IMG/VR virus record: IMGVR_UViG_3300031227_000026
Reading direction: 5' to 3' (one strand)
Length of the DNA: 64,000 nucleotides
Source of the DNA: an uncultured virus (IMG/VR IMGVR_UViG_3300031227_000026)
Lineage: Duplodnaviria > Heunggongvirae > Uroviricota > Caudoviricetes
Shown: positions 30,574 through 43,665 of the stretch, in pieces
How the letters are laid out: each line of letters starts with the position of its first letter
Numbering within the stretch: the stretch's first letter is position 1
Position numbers and translations under genes: made by a program
Notes under the pieces: model-generated
What the model saw: the letters and a program-made list of their open reading frames with translations, nothing else
What the model was told of the DNA's origin: nothing
The model's database searches: none

Positions 30574-33500
30574 AATTCACCCCATAATGTAATGTTGTTT
30601 CTTCGGGCTCTCTATCCAATTTTACTACCTCTAGTACGGCGTCGAGCTTTGCCTTGAGCTCGTCGCGTTCGGCGGCAATCTTTTTCACTCCTTTACGTTT
30701 GCCCCACGCAAAGCCGAATAGCCAATCGTCGTTATTACGATCAGACGGGCAAGAGAATTCGTTGCCGCCCGTCCTTGCGCTTTTACAGCCCGCGTTAAAT
30801 GCCTCAACCTTTGCCATGTGGTTTGTGCACAGTCGATTGACCTCGGCTCGGCTTTCGTCGAGCTTCTCGACCACGTCGTCGAGCTTTGCCTTGAGCTCGT
30901 CGCGCTGTGTAATCAAGGTGCCATTCAGGTGGTCTACCATCCCCCACACCCTGTTTGCCTTGCCTACCCTTTCACTAATATCGTCATATACCGTTTGCAA
31001 CTTGGCACGGAAGTCATTGATTACAGCAATCAGTTCGGCAGATATTTGCTTATCATATTCATTTACCTTCGTGTTAATAATCTTGTGGATTCGGACAAGT
31101 GTGACGTTAGCAAAGTCGTCGATGCCCCCCAAACCGCGTATCGCCTACGTCAAGGAGCTTGCGATTCGCTTCACACAAGCTCTCCTCAAAGGAAAGCCCG
31201 TCCGGTATTTCAAGACTCTTAAAAAAAATACGTGAAATCATCCTCGCCTTTATCCAGTCTGCCCTATGAGGGTCTTTTCTGACAGGCGTATCCACATGTT
31301 CCCCTTCAATCTTGGGGAGCAAAACTTCTTCGATGTATTCTTTTGCTATGAGGCAAGTGCTTACTTGGACACCTGTCATAACATTCACGCCGTCATAATC
31401 GCCTCCAGCCAACCATTTCGGAAGTTTCTTAATAAAAACGACCATTTCGTCCCTGCTTGCCATTTTTCCAATTTTGGGAAGCACTACGTTCCCAAGATGC
31501 TCCCTTTCTATATCACTGCAACTTACTAGTGGGTCTTCTTTTGAAAACTGGTCTGCCGCACCAATAGAAAGGTCTATATCATCGTCCTCTAAATATAACC
31601 TCTCTATTTCGCTCTTAACTAACGCAATGATGTCTACTCTCATTGTGCCTTCTCCTTTCAGTCTAATCGTGTATTCCCTGGGTCAGAAAGCTCAATATTC
31701 TTTCGTTCAAGCTCCTTAATCTTATTGCGAAGAGCAACAAGTCGTGACTCAGGCACAAGCCCAACGTGACCTCTGATTCGTTCAATGCAAGTAGGGCACA
31801 TGATGTCTATTGCTCTTACTGGATTACAGCACATCCAACACCTGCCACCTTCTTCTGTTCCCACGTCCACAGGCTCTTTGCTATCTCTCAAGTCCAATTG
31901 GTCAATTTCGTCAATGAGCGCATCAAGTTTGTCTACTGGCATACCAAGATTCTTTGCGAGAGCTTCGATTCTTGCATCCTCAGAACCCTTGCAATGATGT
32001 GGACACACTGGATTATACTTCGCGTGACAATATTTGCAGATGGCAAATCCGCTACTCATTTTTTATACCCCTTCTTGGTCTTTATTGATTTCATCAAAGG
32101 CCTCAGCTACGGACTTAATGATATCAAGTGCTTTATCACTTGCTTTCTGTTCATTCGCTATGCACTCGTCACAGCGAACGCAGTAAAACGGGAATGGAGC
32201 ATCAGGAGCATAGTCCCAACTTTCCACCAAACCCTTGCGATAATATGAGCAGTAAGATGATCCCATACCGTCGCATTGGAAGGGGCACTTGCCACATACC
32301 CTTTCGTTCCCTACTTCCACAGTAATTTCTGGCAACGTGATTTCAAGCATCATACTCCTCCGGTTAGTCTAGTGACAACTTGATTATGCCCGATTTCTTC
32401 ACTTTCTATGATAGACAGAAACGATTTCTCTGCGTATACAGGCTCTTCACCATGATGCTCACACATTTTGTTCTCGGCTTTCATTCCTTCAACCCCGGCA
32501 TAAGCACGAACAATGCGTGCCAGCACGTCCACACAACAGCGAAGGTCATTAGCGTCAAGCGTCATAATTGTTCTCCTTGAATTTAGAAAATTCTTTAAAT
32601 GCTTTCCATACAACTCTCCAATTTCCCGATTTAACTGAATTTCGTGCTATATCGTCATAAAGATCCCAATTACCAGTTATCCAATTCCAGGATATTGTAT
32701 ATTTACTGTGTTGAGACTCTTCATACACGAAAGATGCCCTTCCATGGTTTTTAAGTATTCTTTGTAAATCTTTCTGTAACTGCATCATAACTGTTCTCCT
32801 GGTACACATTCAAACCGTTCATCAGCCCATTGCCCCGGCGTCATACAAAATAAACAGTCTTTTACTTATCCTTATCCCTTTTCAAAGCTATCTCGTTTTC
32901 TGTCATCCTACAAAGTGTACATCTTAGGGTTTTCAAGTCCATTTTATGCTTACACTTTGGTGGTAGTAACTTAAGAAATTCGGCATGTTTTTCGTCGTAT
33001 GCTTCTAGGAGCGTTATACCGCACTTTATACACCTGTCTGAACGTCCATTAAATGCGACTTGGGCTAGGTCTGGCCATTGGTGGTCACACATTCTTGTCC
33101 CCCTCTTTATTGTGTTTGACTTGGTTCTGTAGTATTTCTATTTCGTTCTTAAGCCGTTCCGTAAAGCCTCCGCGGAGTTCCTTCATTGCTATTCCTGCGT
33201 CTTTAATGCGCGCAGAAATTACGTTCATATCGCCTGAGGGTACTTGGGAATCGTTCATGCCATTTAGTTCATTTCTAAACAGTCGCACGGCCATTGCTTG
33301 TGCGCGAGACAGGGATTCTGTTAAGTCGAACAAATACTCAGTCAGGTCAGGATATTTTCTCATTCTACAGCTCCTTAATTTACCATTTCACAATTCCTAG
33401 AAGACTACGCTTATCAACAGGGATAAGATTTATTATATCTGCTAAAGTAGGCATTGTGCCCTTTCCAATCAATTCTGCCTTCAAGCCATCACGATTGAGT

Positions 33501-35392
33501 GCAAATTCATGCGTAAATACTGATCGCCCTAATGCTTCCTCTACAGCAAATTGAAACATATCGAAAGGCATACAAAGTCTGTCTTCCCATAACTGGAATA
33601 TTGCTATTTCCCTTGCCGACATTGATTTCCAAAATCCTGAGTCATACAATATACCTGCTTGGTCTTTAGTCATCATGCTATCCCTACAAACGATACAGTA
33701 GGCGAATTGCGCAGGAATTCTACGATAACTTCATCAGCCGATTTCTGGTAGCAGAAAGGAAACAAGTGACTTTTAGGTAAAGTCCATAACCATCGAATAG
33801 TCAAAGAACCGGCGGCACTCTGCAAAATATAAAAACAGCGTTCGTTGCGGTAGTCTATATAGTTGACCCACATATGTCTTGTAAGATTGTCCTCTTTTAA
33901 CATAAACATAATACCAAATCCTATTGGCGGGACATTGGAGAAACATTCGGAGTCATGACTCAATACCTTATTTCCAGGAATATCTTTACCACATTTTGTA
34001 CATTTAAACATTACAATTCTCCTATCAATGGTAAGCTAGCATAATAAGTCCAACAACAGTTCTACCATCTTCAAGCTTAATTTCAAATATCATTATTTAG
34101 TTTCCTCGGCAGTAAAGAATCTGTTTCCTTTACCTACTATGGACTTGACAGTCATGAATTCAAAGCCCATCTTTTCACCGAGCCACCGCCAAGCATTATT
34201 TGTATTATCCTGTTGACTAAGCGGCTTGATACCACCGATAACGATATAGGGAACAGGCTTACAAGCTTCCACTAGTTTTCTAAAGTCTTTTTTTGTCATT
34301 TCAAATTCTTTTACCATTTGAGGTTTCCTAAATATCTGGTAATAGTCGTCTGGGCTTCTTGTTCCGCGAGCAATAGAAAATTAGCAAACTCTTTCGCCCG
34401 CTCGTAAGTTGGCGGGTAAAAAATCATGTCGACATTAGCTAACCCACTGACAGTAATTGTATATTGCTCCTGAACTTCTAAATTAGCATCAATACTCATT
34501 GATTCAAGAATCTGTATGACTAACATAGCTTAAGCTCTTTCTCTATTTGTATTAGTCTTTTGGCGATTGACTGTGCCTGTTCAAGATTATCTGGGTGCAT
34601 AATCATACAGCCCCTATCAATTCTTCGAACAGTGAGTTTAAAATTGTTCCGTACTCGCCTTTTTGAGTCAAGGTAAATCAATTCAGTGATTTCAATTGAC
34701 ATCTTCAAGTCTCCGTAGCCCTGTCTCATTCCAACAATATGTTACATCATTATCAACATCCTTGACGATAAAAGCTTTTGGCATCTCATCTATCTCAATG
34801 GATTCTATAATCACATCTACAGGATTCTCGGAATCAGGCTCCTCGATGCCAATAACCGTATCTCCAATCTGCAGGGCAGAGACCATTGCGGCAATATTCT
34901 GCCGAAAGACTCGAGAATCAATATGCATCATATCTTGTATCTTGTATTCCATCATTTGTCTCCTGCAAATAGGTGAAGTTGAAAATTATCCCAAAAAGAC
35001 TTGTCAAAATGATACCCAACTCTCTCTGTAATAGAGTGATATGCTTCGAGCATGTCGCCAGTTACCTTCGCATGAATTTGTATTGTATCACACGCATTGA
35101 AGATAACGATATCTTCCAATGGTAGCTTGCTTGTTGCAAGGATATTAAGAATAATAACAAGTTGCATGGCTCTATATGCAGAATCATTTACTTGTTTCAG
35201 AGTGGTTTTGTGGATATCTATTATCATCACTTATTCTCCTTATTATGATATCGCTGAATATGCCAATCCAACCAAGGATAAGTAGAACCGCTACTAATAG
35301 GATGCCAATAACAACTGGCTTATCAAAATTAGCCACCCCCCACATTGAATAAAAAATAGTAAGTATTAAATAGCAGCACCCCAAAAACGCAT

Positions 35393-35809
35393 TCATGATA
35401 TCCTCCTTAAAACATTTTTAGCATATTCTACCGTATGCGGCTTCGTATTTCCATCAGGCCCGCCGTTCCAAACCCTAGCGGCTGTAGTAACAGTATACGG
35501 TAGCCCTTTCTTTGAACACCAGTATCTGGTATATACAAAGAACATTTGTCTTGACTTAACAACATCCTTCCTACTCAACAGGGTAAAGGTATCTGATCCA
35601 AGAATCATGTTGCAGTCAACAACAACACCAGCATGTATCTGTGCAATACCAACAGCCTCGCCGCCGTCTCCATCTGGTGCATCAGCATCATTTCCACTTT
35701 CCTGCAGGCATATTGCTAACCAGAGATTATCCTCGCTATAAGCACCATGGGCTGCAAATATGAAGACTAGGAGGCAAATAATTATGACCCATAAAAGTCG
35801 ACTAATCAT
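35393..35809 (-). CDS. Lysozyme-like (i-type/SLT-like) muralytic protein with a signal peptide
   Basis: AICLQESG..GD.G..VG..QIH..ARVWNGGP; hydrophobic N-terminus. Confidence 0.7.
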   Translation of the reverse strand: MISRLLWVIIICLLVFIFAAHGAYSEDNLWLAICLQESGNDADAPDGDGGEAVGIAQIHAGVVVDCNMILGSDTFTLLSRKDVVKSRQMFFVYTRYWCSKKGLPYTVTTAARVWNGGPDGNTKPHTVEYAKNVLRRIS

Positions 35810-35920
35810 GGATGTTCCTTCCAGCAGATTGAATAATTTCGAAGACGCGTGGATCGGTGTAACTATCCGCATGCGTCTTCAGTATCTTAACTTCATCACC
35901 TACGATATATCTGGATATAA

Positions 35921-36449
35921 TCATTCTTCAATACCCCTTTTAGATACCCAAAATTGTTCTCCGTCGATAGTAAATTCAAGTTCCTGTGCGGCAATATCAT
36001 TTTCCATAGATTCCTTGGATGTTGCTCTACTATAGACTTCTCGAAAGATTATGGCGAAGTGAGCTAATATTTGGTTTAAAAAAAGCTTCTTCATTAAGTC
36101 GAGTATGTAAAAAGTCTTGAGCTGCTTGTGTAGCGCAACCATGCTCGATGAGAGCCTTAGCAACTTCTGCCGGACTCTCGATGAATTTCCCTGTACAGTA
36201 ATAGAAGTGAGTCTCTTGAATCTCGATGAGAGCCTTAGCAACTTCTGCCGGACTCTTGATGAATTTCCCTATACAGTAATAGAAGTCAATCTCTTCAATC
36301 TCGATTCCAAGATCATGGGCATTGCCTATTTCATCGGAATACCAATCCCTGTCAGGATACCCTATTGAAAAGTTGTCTAGTGCCTGTGTCTGCGCATCAG
36401 CGTCCAACTCATCATAAGTGTAGACTTTGACTTTAACAATTTTCATCAT
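35921..36449 (-). pseudogene. YxYxELS family paralog with a 78-bp internal duplication and a frameshift
   Basis: 36144..36299 is a tandem duplication; a T7 run at 36078..36084 separates the N- and C-terminal homology to 25314..25838. Confidence 0.65.
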
Positions 36450-36614
36450 GCTGCTCCTTGCTTCAAGAATTTTCTATTTCGACGCTGTTCGCAAATAGCC
36501 CGCTTCGACCAGCAATGCCGACAATAAGGATTCCCGCGGAAAACTACATCTTTCAACGGAACAATTACCTTACAGTCGTGGCACATATATGTATTTTCTG
36601 GCACGATACAACTC

Positions 36615-36893
36615 CTACTTGTAAAAATTATCATCTCCACGACCAAATTGTAACTCGTTATAGCGGTTTTCTAGTTCGTATACAGCACACATGATGTTAG
36701 AGTCTTCAAACAAACTTTTAATATTCTTCGCTACCTTGTGTCCTGCTAGCCACCCTTGATTCCGTAGCCAAGATAAATACTCAAGACCCTCATCGGATTC
36801 TGCAATCTCTCCGAGTGTCTTGCCTTGATATTTACCATAAGGCATAGTAAATCTAGTTGCCAAGTTAATCGATGTGTAGGCATCCATCTGCAT
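36615..36893 (-). CDS. DUF3820/ExoX C-terminal-like protein
   Basis: MPYGKYQGKTL.EI....YLSWL motif. Confidence 0.65.
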   Translation of the reverse strand: MQMDAYTSINLATRFTMPYGKYQGKTLGEIAESDEGLEYLSWLRNQGWLAGHKVAKNIKSLFEDSNIMCAVYELENRYNELQFGRGDDNFYK

Positions 36894-38459
36894 GACCCTC
36901 ATCATAGGAACGATCCTTAGCATTCAAAAGGATTTCCTCAAGTTTTTCGCAAAGTTCTTTGAAGTTAGTTATTTCAGGCGATACACCATAAGCTTCAAAG
37001 CAGATTTTCAAAATCAATACTTTCCATTTATACCTCCTTTAGCAATTCGCTTGGATGAAAAACTGAAATTACATTACGGTCTTTCCTACTAACAACAAAA
37101 AATGGGTGGCCAATTTCTAGATGGAGGCTACTAATAACACCCTTCCAATGATACTGCCGGCACTTCTTTTGTACATTTTTTGGCAGTCCAAATTTACGAA
37201 TCACAACCTTATCACCAACCTTTAGCATTTGTCTACTCCTTTTTAGTCTGACATTTTATAGAAAGTATAACCTGTAAGACTCAACCACAAATGTAATACT
37301 TCACAAGGTGGTGTAGACTCGTGGACTGAAACAGAAGTGCCATATATGCGCTGCCAGTAACCAGCTTCTGTAAGAATAACACCACAGGAACGCTTAGCCC
37401 CATCACAGTTTTCATGTGCTAGGAATCCAGTATACTGGGCGTCGTTGATATTTAAAACAAATAGGTCGCCCCATTTAAGATCCATTGGTATTGGCTTCTT
37501 GCAAATATGCGTCTTTACAACTCCAGCTTCAACATTTTGGCCACACCCGGCACATGTAAAGATTCTACGATCAGCCATTGTCCTCTCCTTCTTTTTTAGT
37601 ATTTTCCAGCATCAACTTGTATGCTTTATCCCGCCTTATAATCAATAAGTATAACTCGTGTCTTGCCTGTGCACTTTAACTCTGTGCAAGATGCCAGTTT
37701 CGGATCAAGCCACCCCTCCCAAGTTCCGCCGAACCCGTGTGATCCTTCTTCATGAGCAAGGTCGCGTGCCTCCTTTTCTGATTCTGCTTCGATAACAAAA
37801 CCCGCCGTTTCATCATAGTCTACTGCACCCAATTGTTCAATTACCCAATAGCTCATGACTTAGCTCCTGAAACATGCCCGAAACCGTGAGGGTTGGGCGC
37901 AGTAGTCTCACCCGCCCTATTCTTGCCACAAGTGAGACAGGTCAATGCGGGTATTACCCTATTCATGTAGTGATGGTCGGCATATCCTGATGTTAGATGA
38001 TAATAAGCACCACAATGTTCACAAATCATATCGGCACAAAAATCATTATTGTATCTTTCGGTGACTCTAGTAATCTTCATTCTTTAATCTCCTTATTGAT
38101 ACACGCTTTTGGGCGCTTGAAGGTTATACGATTCAACTTAAAACCTGCCATACACTTGTATGAAATTGCCTGGGTCTTACCCCAAGTAGTAACATCAATA
38201 TTAAGCAGTTTGCATCCTTCACATTTGGTTTTAAAATTAAGATCTAAATCTACTATGATTTTATAAATCATATCTTTTTATCTCCGACCCTATTGAAGCG
38301 AGAATGGCATACACACTCATCAGTAGGCCAATTATCACAGATGTAAGCCCCAGTATTCCAAAATTAAGGGTTATCCAAATAAAGATTAACCCGATTCTAT
38401 ATATAGCAAATGCTGTTATGGTGCCAATTAAAAAGCCAAACATCAAAATATCCAAAGCT

Positions 38460-38893
38460 TTAATTAACATTTTCTTCATCTTTTTTATATCCTCTTTTAC
38501 AAGAAATAGGTCGAACATAGGCAAGATACTCGAAACCGCCACCATGTGTCTTATTGATAGTTTTAAACTTCATCGTAATCTTACCCATTTTTGCTAGACA
38601 AAAAGGCTTATTGAAACGAGTATTCCTATCTAGCAAGGGGCATCCATTGCATTCATTATCATCATGTAACGTAATGGGAACTTTAATCTTCATCTTTGTG
38701 TCCTTTTTTTACATGTCATCGGGCGGATAAAGATAAGACGCTCGAAACCTTGCCTTATTATATACTTCATCTTAATCTTACCCATCTTTGCTATACAAAA
38801 AGGGCTACCAAAACATCCATTTTTATCCAGACATGGGCATCCATTGCACTCATTACCATTATACAATGTAATAGGAATTCTAGCTATTACCAT
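38460..38893 (-). CDS. Tandem pair of paralogous Cys-rich small proteins (38460..38693 and 38690..38893)
   Basis: Both contain PITL..NECNGCP.LD..PFC.AKMGKI..RP..CK. Confidence 0.75.
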
Positions 38894-39603
38894 ATTCGTT
38901 TCTCCTTCGGAATGTTATTGATGATTCCTAAATCCAAGTCACCAGATACCTCTTTGATAGCAAAAGCAAAGGTGCATGCTTTTGCGTAATTATCGAAATA
39001 GAAATATGTTACCTCTATGTCTCCATGAACTTGTTGCTCGACGATAACAAAGAAACTTGCCCAAGAACAGTATGCTGGAATATCGATAGCAACTCTAGTT
39101 ATGATATGTGGAGCCTTGATTCCTAACATTTTAGATACTCTCCAAAATGATGCCCACTTCCAAAGAACTCATACTTTAGAGAAATGGCATAGGCAGCAAA
39201 TTCCTCTTCAGTAGTTATCTTTAAGTACACCATAGCTAGGTATCTAATAATATAGTCACATATACCGTCATTAAAAACGCGAGCACCGGCCATTATTCCA
39301 TTACGTTTGAACTCAATAGCAATAACATGCAGTGGATGTTCAGAGTCGTACGATTCTAAAATCATCTGAGCAGTTGAAGTTGCATCATCCAGATACTTGA
39401 TAGTAACAGTAGAGTTATCAAACCTATAGTTGAAGATTTGAACACCAATATTCCACATTACATTCAAAAAAGAATCTGTCCAGTTTTCAGGAGGATATTG
39501 GCCTGTTGTCACGAAAATATCTCGTGCAATGATCTTTGCTTCGTCAGAAAGTTCTTCATAAGAGTACAAATTTAATTCTACTTTTCTCATAGCCTTTCCC
39601 CCC

Positions 39604-40431
39604 TTATTTCTTAAAGCCGGCAATAGTTTGATCGCTAACAGGAAACTCGATAGAGTTTTTAGCAAGATCATGTTTAACAAGTTCTCTATGCATGCTATCG
39701 GATACACCCGCAATTCTAGAAATAGTTGCCACTTTATCTTTAAGAACTTTATCCTTAGTATTTTCGATAGCTATAGCCATGACACCCACCATTGTGGCTT
39801 TGGTTTTAGCTTTCCGAGTTTCTAGGATATACAAAATAACCAGATATACCCCGCCAAGAACCCCTGCTACAACAACTACAAGCAGTATATCCTTAACTAT
39901 CGATCCTAAAATCACAAAAACCAATGCCCCAATACCAGCAATAGCGCCAAATGGAGCAAACTTCCGTGTAGGCGACCACCATATCATGACGCCCACTGTC
40001 AAAAGCGTAGTAAGTAATATCGTAATAAGATGAAATCTAATATCCTTTTGTTTTGTATTCAAAACTTGGTCAGCAATATCTGCGTGGGCTTGTGCCTGTG
40101 TTGTTTCATTTGTCTCTAAAGCAACTTGCCTATCGACAAGTTCCACAATGACATTTTGCTTGATCTTTTCAAGTTCCTGTGGTGTCATTTTCAGTATAAC
40201 TTTTCCAGGCCCAGTAAGCAATTGAATAACATCCAGTCCAGTTACTAGCCTCTTAGACTCCACACTCTGGGGTTCTGTTCCTTTCTCTTTAATTCCTATA
40301 GCATCATTCTTCAATGTTGTAGTCAAGTCCGCCGCCGATTTGAACTGAGCCTGCGGCGCGGGTCTTACTACTGGAACCGTTTTACATCCTATGGATAATA
40401 TGATCCACAAGATCAAAATTCCTTTACTCAT
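39604..40431 (-). CDS. Lipoprotein-signal membrane protein with several TM helices
   Basis: ILSIG-C lipobox-like motif; about 3 hydrophobic helices in the C-terminal half. Confidence 0.6.
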   Translation of the reverse strand: MSKGILILWIILSIGCKTVPVVRPAPQAQFKSAADLTTTLKNDAIGIKEKGTEPQSVESKRLVTGLDVIQLLTGPGKVILKMTPQELEKIKQNVIVELVDRQVALETNETTQAQAHADIADQVLNTKQKDIRFHLITILLTTLLTVGVMIWWSPTRKFAPFGAIAGIGALVFVILGSIVKDILLVVVVAGVLGGVYLVILYILETRKAKTKATMVGVMAIAIENTKDKVLKDKVATISRIAGVSDSMHRELVKHDLAKNSIEFPVSDQTIAGFKK

Positions 40432-41009
40432 TCTTTCGTCTCCAAGTATTGATCAAGCCGTGTAATCAAGTTAGTAATTGAAAAGATAAGAAATTTTTCT
40501 TTGGTTTCGTGTTCTAGTCTATGCGCTATTTTGATACCATGATGCAAACAGACATTTTCTAACTTGTCTATGATTTCATTTAGCACTTTAGTATCCACAG
40601 CCACTTTAGTATCCACAGCCACTGTAGTGGATGCCTTAATGCCTTCGCTATAGGCATCGCAACACATCTTAACCACTTCTTCTTTGACATCTACCCAACG
40701 TGAGTTAAATATGTCGAAGTCAAATTCTTTACTCATTTTGTCTCCTAAGTAAAATATCCAGGGTCATCAATCACGATACCGGAACCAACAATACTATCTA
40801 AATAGCTTATCGCCCCATCGATATCGTGCATGTTGGTGTCAAACCACCCAAAGTCTATTGCTAATTGCGTGAACTCGGAGTCATTTTGAATTAGGATGCT
40901 AGAATCATCAGCATCCCAAAAACCCTGTTCAGTAACAATACATAGGGCATAACATGCAGGTGCATGATCTATAGTATCTATAGTAATCTTCATTTTACTA
41001 TCTCCTAAA

Positions 41010-41885
41010 TTATCGAGCTCGTTTAAGCCAGTCATTTGGAATATTCTCTGAGTCTTCAAGAATTTGACTTCGAGCTTCTGTGTTTTCGCCCAGAAACTTA
41101 CCTGTTTGCACCTTATCCCAAAGATCTTTGTAACGGTCCATCAGGCCATATTGAAACTCAGCGCTGATTCGATACCGATGCTTCGCGCATCGTGGTTCAT
41201 GCTTCCTGCTCCAAACAATCTGGTCGAGGCCTACGATGAAGTCAGTGTCCCCAACATCGATGCCAAGAACCCAAGAATATGTTGCTAACTGTGTTGCCCA
41301 GTTTTTATTAATATCTTCCAAGTTACTGGAAGCATTTACTATGATACCTGATTCTGTAATCATTGGTGTTGCATTCTTATGCGCACCTTTTTCATTTCCA
41401 AGAGCATCCCATAGCTTGATGTATTCTGGAGCCGGTGAAGCTACTGAACAAAAGCCATTAACTTTCCAGTCTATGACAATGATGTCGGACTTAAGTATGA
41501 ACTTCAAGTCAGGGCGCCCATGAAGCGGGACGCCTTTGACCATTCTATTAACCTGCCCAATTACATCAGGTTTCGACGCCCCCATTTCGAGCATCAAAGA
41601 GGCAAGAGCTCCAGAATTCTTGTAGAATCCGAAGCATTCTTTGCCGCCTTTGATTGCAAAATCCATAAGGTCATTTGAATCAACGCCATCTTTTATCATT
41701 TCATACGCATTGATCTCTGGATCAATAGCGTGTTTGACAAAGGCATCAAAACCTGTTCCAACTACCATTGGCTTGGTTTGTTCTTCCTTAGCGTGTCCAA
41801 GAATTTTCGTTTTATAGAAGTATTCAGGGTCACGTTCAAAAAGCATCAAAGAACTCGGCGATAGATATGTTATTGGTTTTGGCAT
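41010..41885 (-). CDS. PD-(D/E)XK exonuclease (RecB/Cas4-like, no Fe-S cysteines)
   Basis: LSPSSL, GTGFD, GRPDL, VIDWK, QLATY. Confidence 0.8.
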   Translation of the reverse strand: MPKPITYLSPSSLMLFERDPEYFYKTKILGHAKEEQTKPMVVGTGFDAFVKHAIDPEINAYEMIKDGVDSNDLMDFAIKGGKECFGFYKNSGALASLMLEMGASKPDVIGQVNRMVKGVPLHGRPDLKFILKSDIIVIDWKVNGFCSVASPAPEYIKLWDALGNEKGAHKNATPMITESGIIVNASSNLEDINKNWATQLATYSWVLGIDVGDTDFIVGLDQIVWSRKHEPRCAKHRYRISAEFQYGLMDRYKDLWDKVQTGKFLGENTEARSQILEDSENIPNDWLKRAR

Positions 41886-41900
41886 TATTGTCTCCTTTTT

Positions 41901-42338
41901 TTATTTTCCTAATATTATTTCGATATCTGCTTCGCCCATCATAATAAGGGCGGCATCACAAGATGCTTTCCATCTTTTATGGAGTTGATATTCAGTTTTA
42001 ATATATACACGCCGAATTCCCGACTGTATAATCCCTCGCGCACAATCAGCACATGGGCGTCCAAGCACATAGAGTTCAGCGCCAACAAGCGATACACCTA
42101 TTCGTGCCGCATTGTATATAGCATTTCGCTCAGCATGCTCTGTATAAAGATATTTCTCAGGGTCTCCTGATACAAAGTCACGATGCTTAACACCACGGGG
42201 GTGTCCATTGTATCCTGTTGCTAAGATTACACGGTCTTTAGTAATTACACAACCAATTCCTGATGAATTATCCTCAGACATCTTGGCTACTGCCTCGCAA
42301 ATCTCAAAGAAATGATTCACCCAACGTCCTGATGGCAT
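41901..42338 (-). CDS. dCMP deaminase
   Basis: TGYNG, HAERNAI, PCADC, IIQSGI. Confidence 0.92.
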   Translation of the reverse strand: MPSGRWVNHFFEICEAVAKMSEDNSSGIGCVITKDRVILATGYNGHPRGVKHRDFVSGDPEKYLYTEHAERNAIYNAARIGVSLVGAELYVLGRPCADCARGIIQSGIRRVYIKTEYQLHKRWKASCDAALIMMGEADIEIILGK

Positions 42339-42570
42339 AATGTTATCCTTTCGTTAATTCATTAAAAGCAAATCTGCCAATAAAATAACCTTCTTTACGG
42401 GAGTAGACATAATATGGATATCTACTATCTAAAATAATTTTCCTTACCACCCCACGATTCTTAAATCGAGCCCGCCACACAGGGGCATAATGGCTATGTG
42501 TTTTCGACAATTTTATTTTAATTTTGTCGCCTATGCTGAAAGGTTCAGGTTTCTTATACATTGTCTTTCC

Positions 42571-43419
42571 TTAATAAACTCTGAAGCCACCACAATTACG
42601 TAAAAAAGTTATAAACTTCCGCAAATGCGCACCGTCGGTTGCATATACTGGCCGATCGCCCTTAAAAGACGCAGGAATTGTCTCTTCAATAATGCTAATC
42701 TGCTCGTTGATCATGTCGCGACATTTGCCACTGGCAAATTCACCAAGGCCAATTAGGTCATGATCCCCGTAGCCTATCGCTCGTCCCTCAAACCAGAATG
42801 CTAACTTGTCACAGGTCTCTTGGTTTTCAGGGCCGGCGCCTTCGTTGTAAGACATTAAGTCAAGCATCTTGTAGTCTTTGATTATTTCTGATTCGACAAT
42901 CGCGCTGTAAATAGGGCGCCAAGACCAGATATCTGCTCTAAAGTATTTACCAACTTCATTCTTCGGATTACGGCCATGTAAGTCCATACCCATTTTCAAG
43001 TCTCCTTAACAAACTTCAAAGCCACCACAATTACGTAAAAAAGCTATAAACTCCCGCAAATGTTTGCCGTCGGTTGCATAGAGTACTTCTTCCTTTTGAC
43101 AAAACATTGAGATAGCGAGTTCTTTTTCTCTTTCACGGACTATCTTACGCACGGTTTCGGATGCAAATTCTGCGAGATGTATACTTTGAGAATCAGAATA
43201 ATCCTTTATCATTTCTTCAAGAGCATCTGCAAGTTTGTCGCAGGTTTCTTGATCCTTTGGACCAGCCCCATCCTTGAAAGACATCGAGTCCATCATAGCT
43301 TGATCTATGATACCTGTTTCATTGATAGCATCCCATATAGGACGCCAAGACCAGATGTTTGCTCGAAAGTCCATGCCAATTTCATTCTTCGGATTACGAC
43401 CATATAAATCCATGTTCAT
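42571..43419 (-). CDS. Tandem pair of paralogous conserved phage proteins (42571..42999 and 43006..43419)
   Basis: Both contain MDL.GRNPKNE.G..FRA.IWSWRPI..YATDG.HLR.FI.FLRNCGGF. Confidence 0.8.
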
Positions 43420-43630
43420 TTCAAGTCTCCTCAGTTAGCTTCCTAAGATATAGGTAATACCAAATACAATGAAGAATACTGATACGAGTATTATTGATTT
43501 GAAAATCCTTGCTTCTTTGTCCATCTTTTCGATGGCAATATTTATAAGATATATCTCAGCTTTGGTTTTTGCAATCTTTCGATAAATTTGATAAGTTTTT
43601 TCTTCAAGCATGATTACCTCTTGGATAAGT

Positions 43631-43665
43631 GAAGGGGCGGCGGAAAGGGAGGACGCCGCCCCTTC
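43631..43665. terminator. GC-rich hairpin
   Basis: GAAGGGGCGGCG / CGCCGCCCCTTC, 12-bp stem. Confidence 0.6.

Noticed and set aside
41010..41885. Cas4 implying CRISPR adaptation
   Set aside because: No Fe-S cysteines, cas1 or array; better read as a phage recombination exonuclease.
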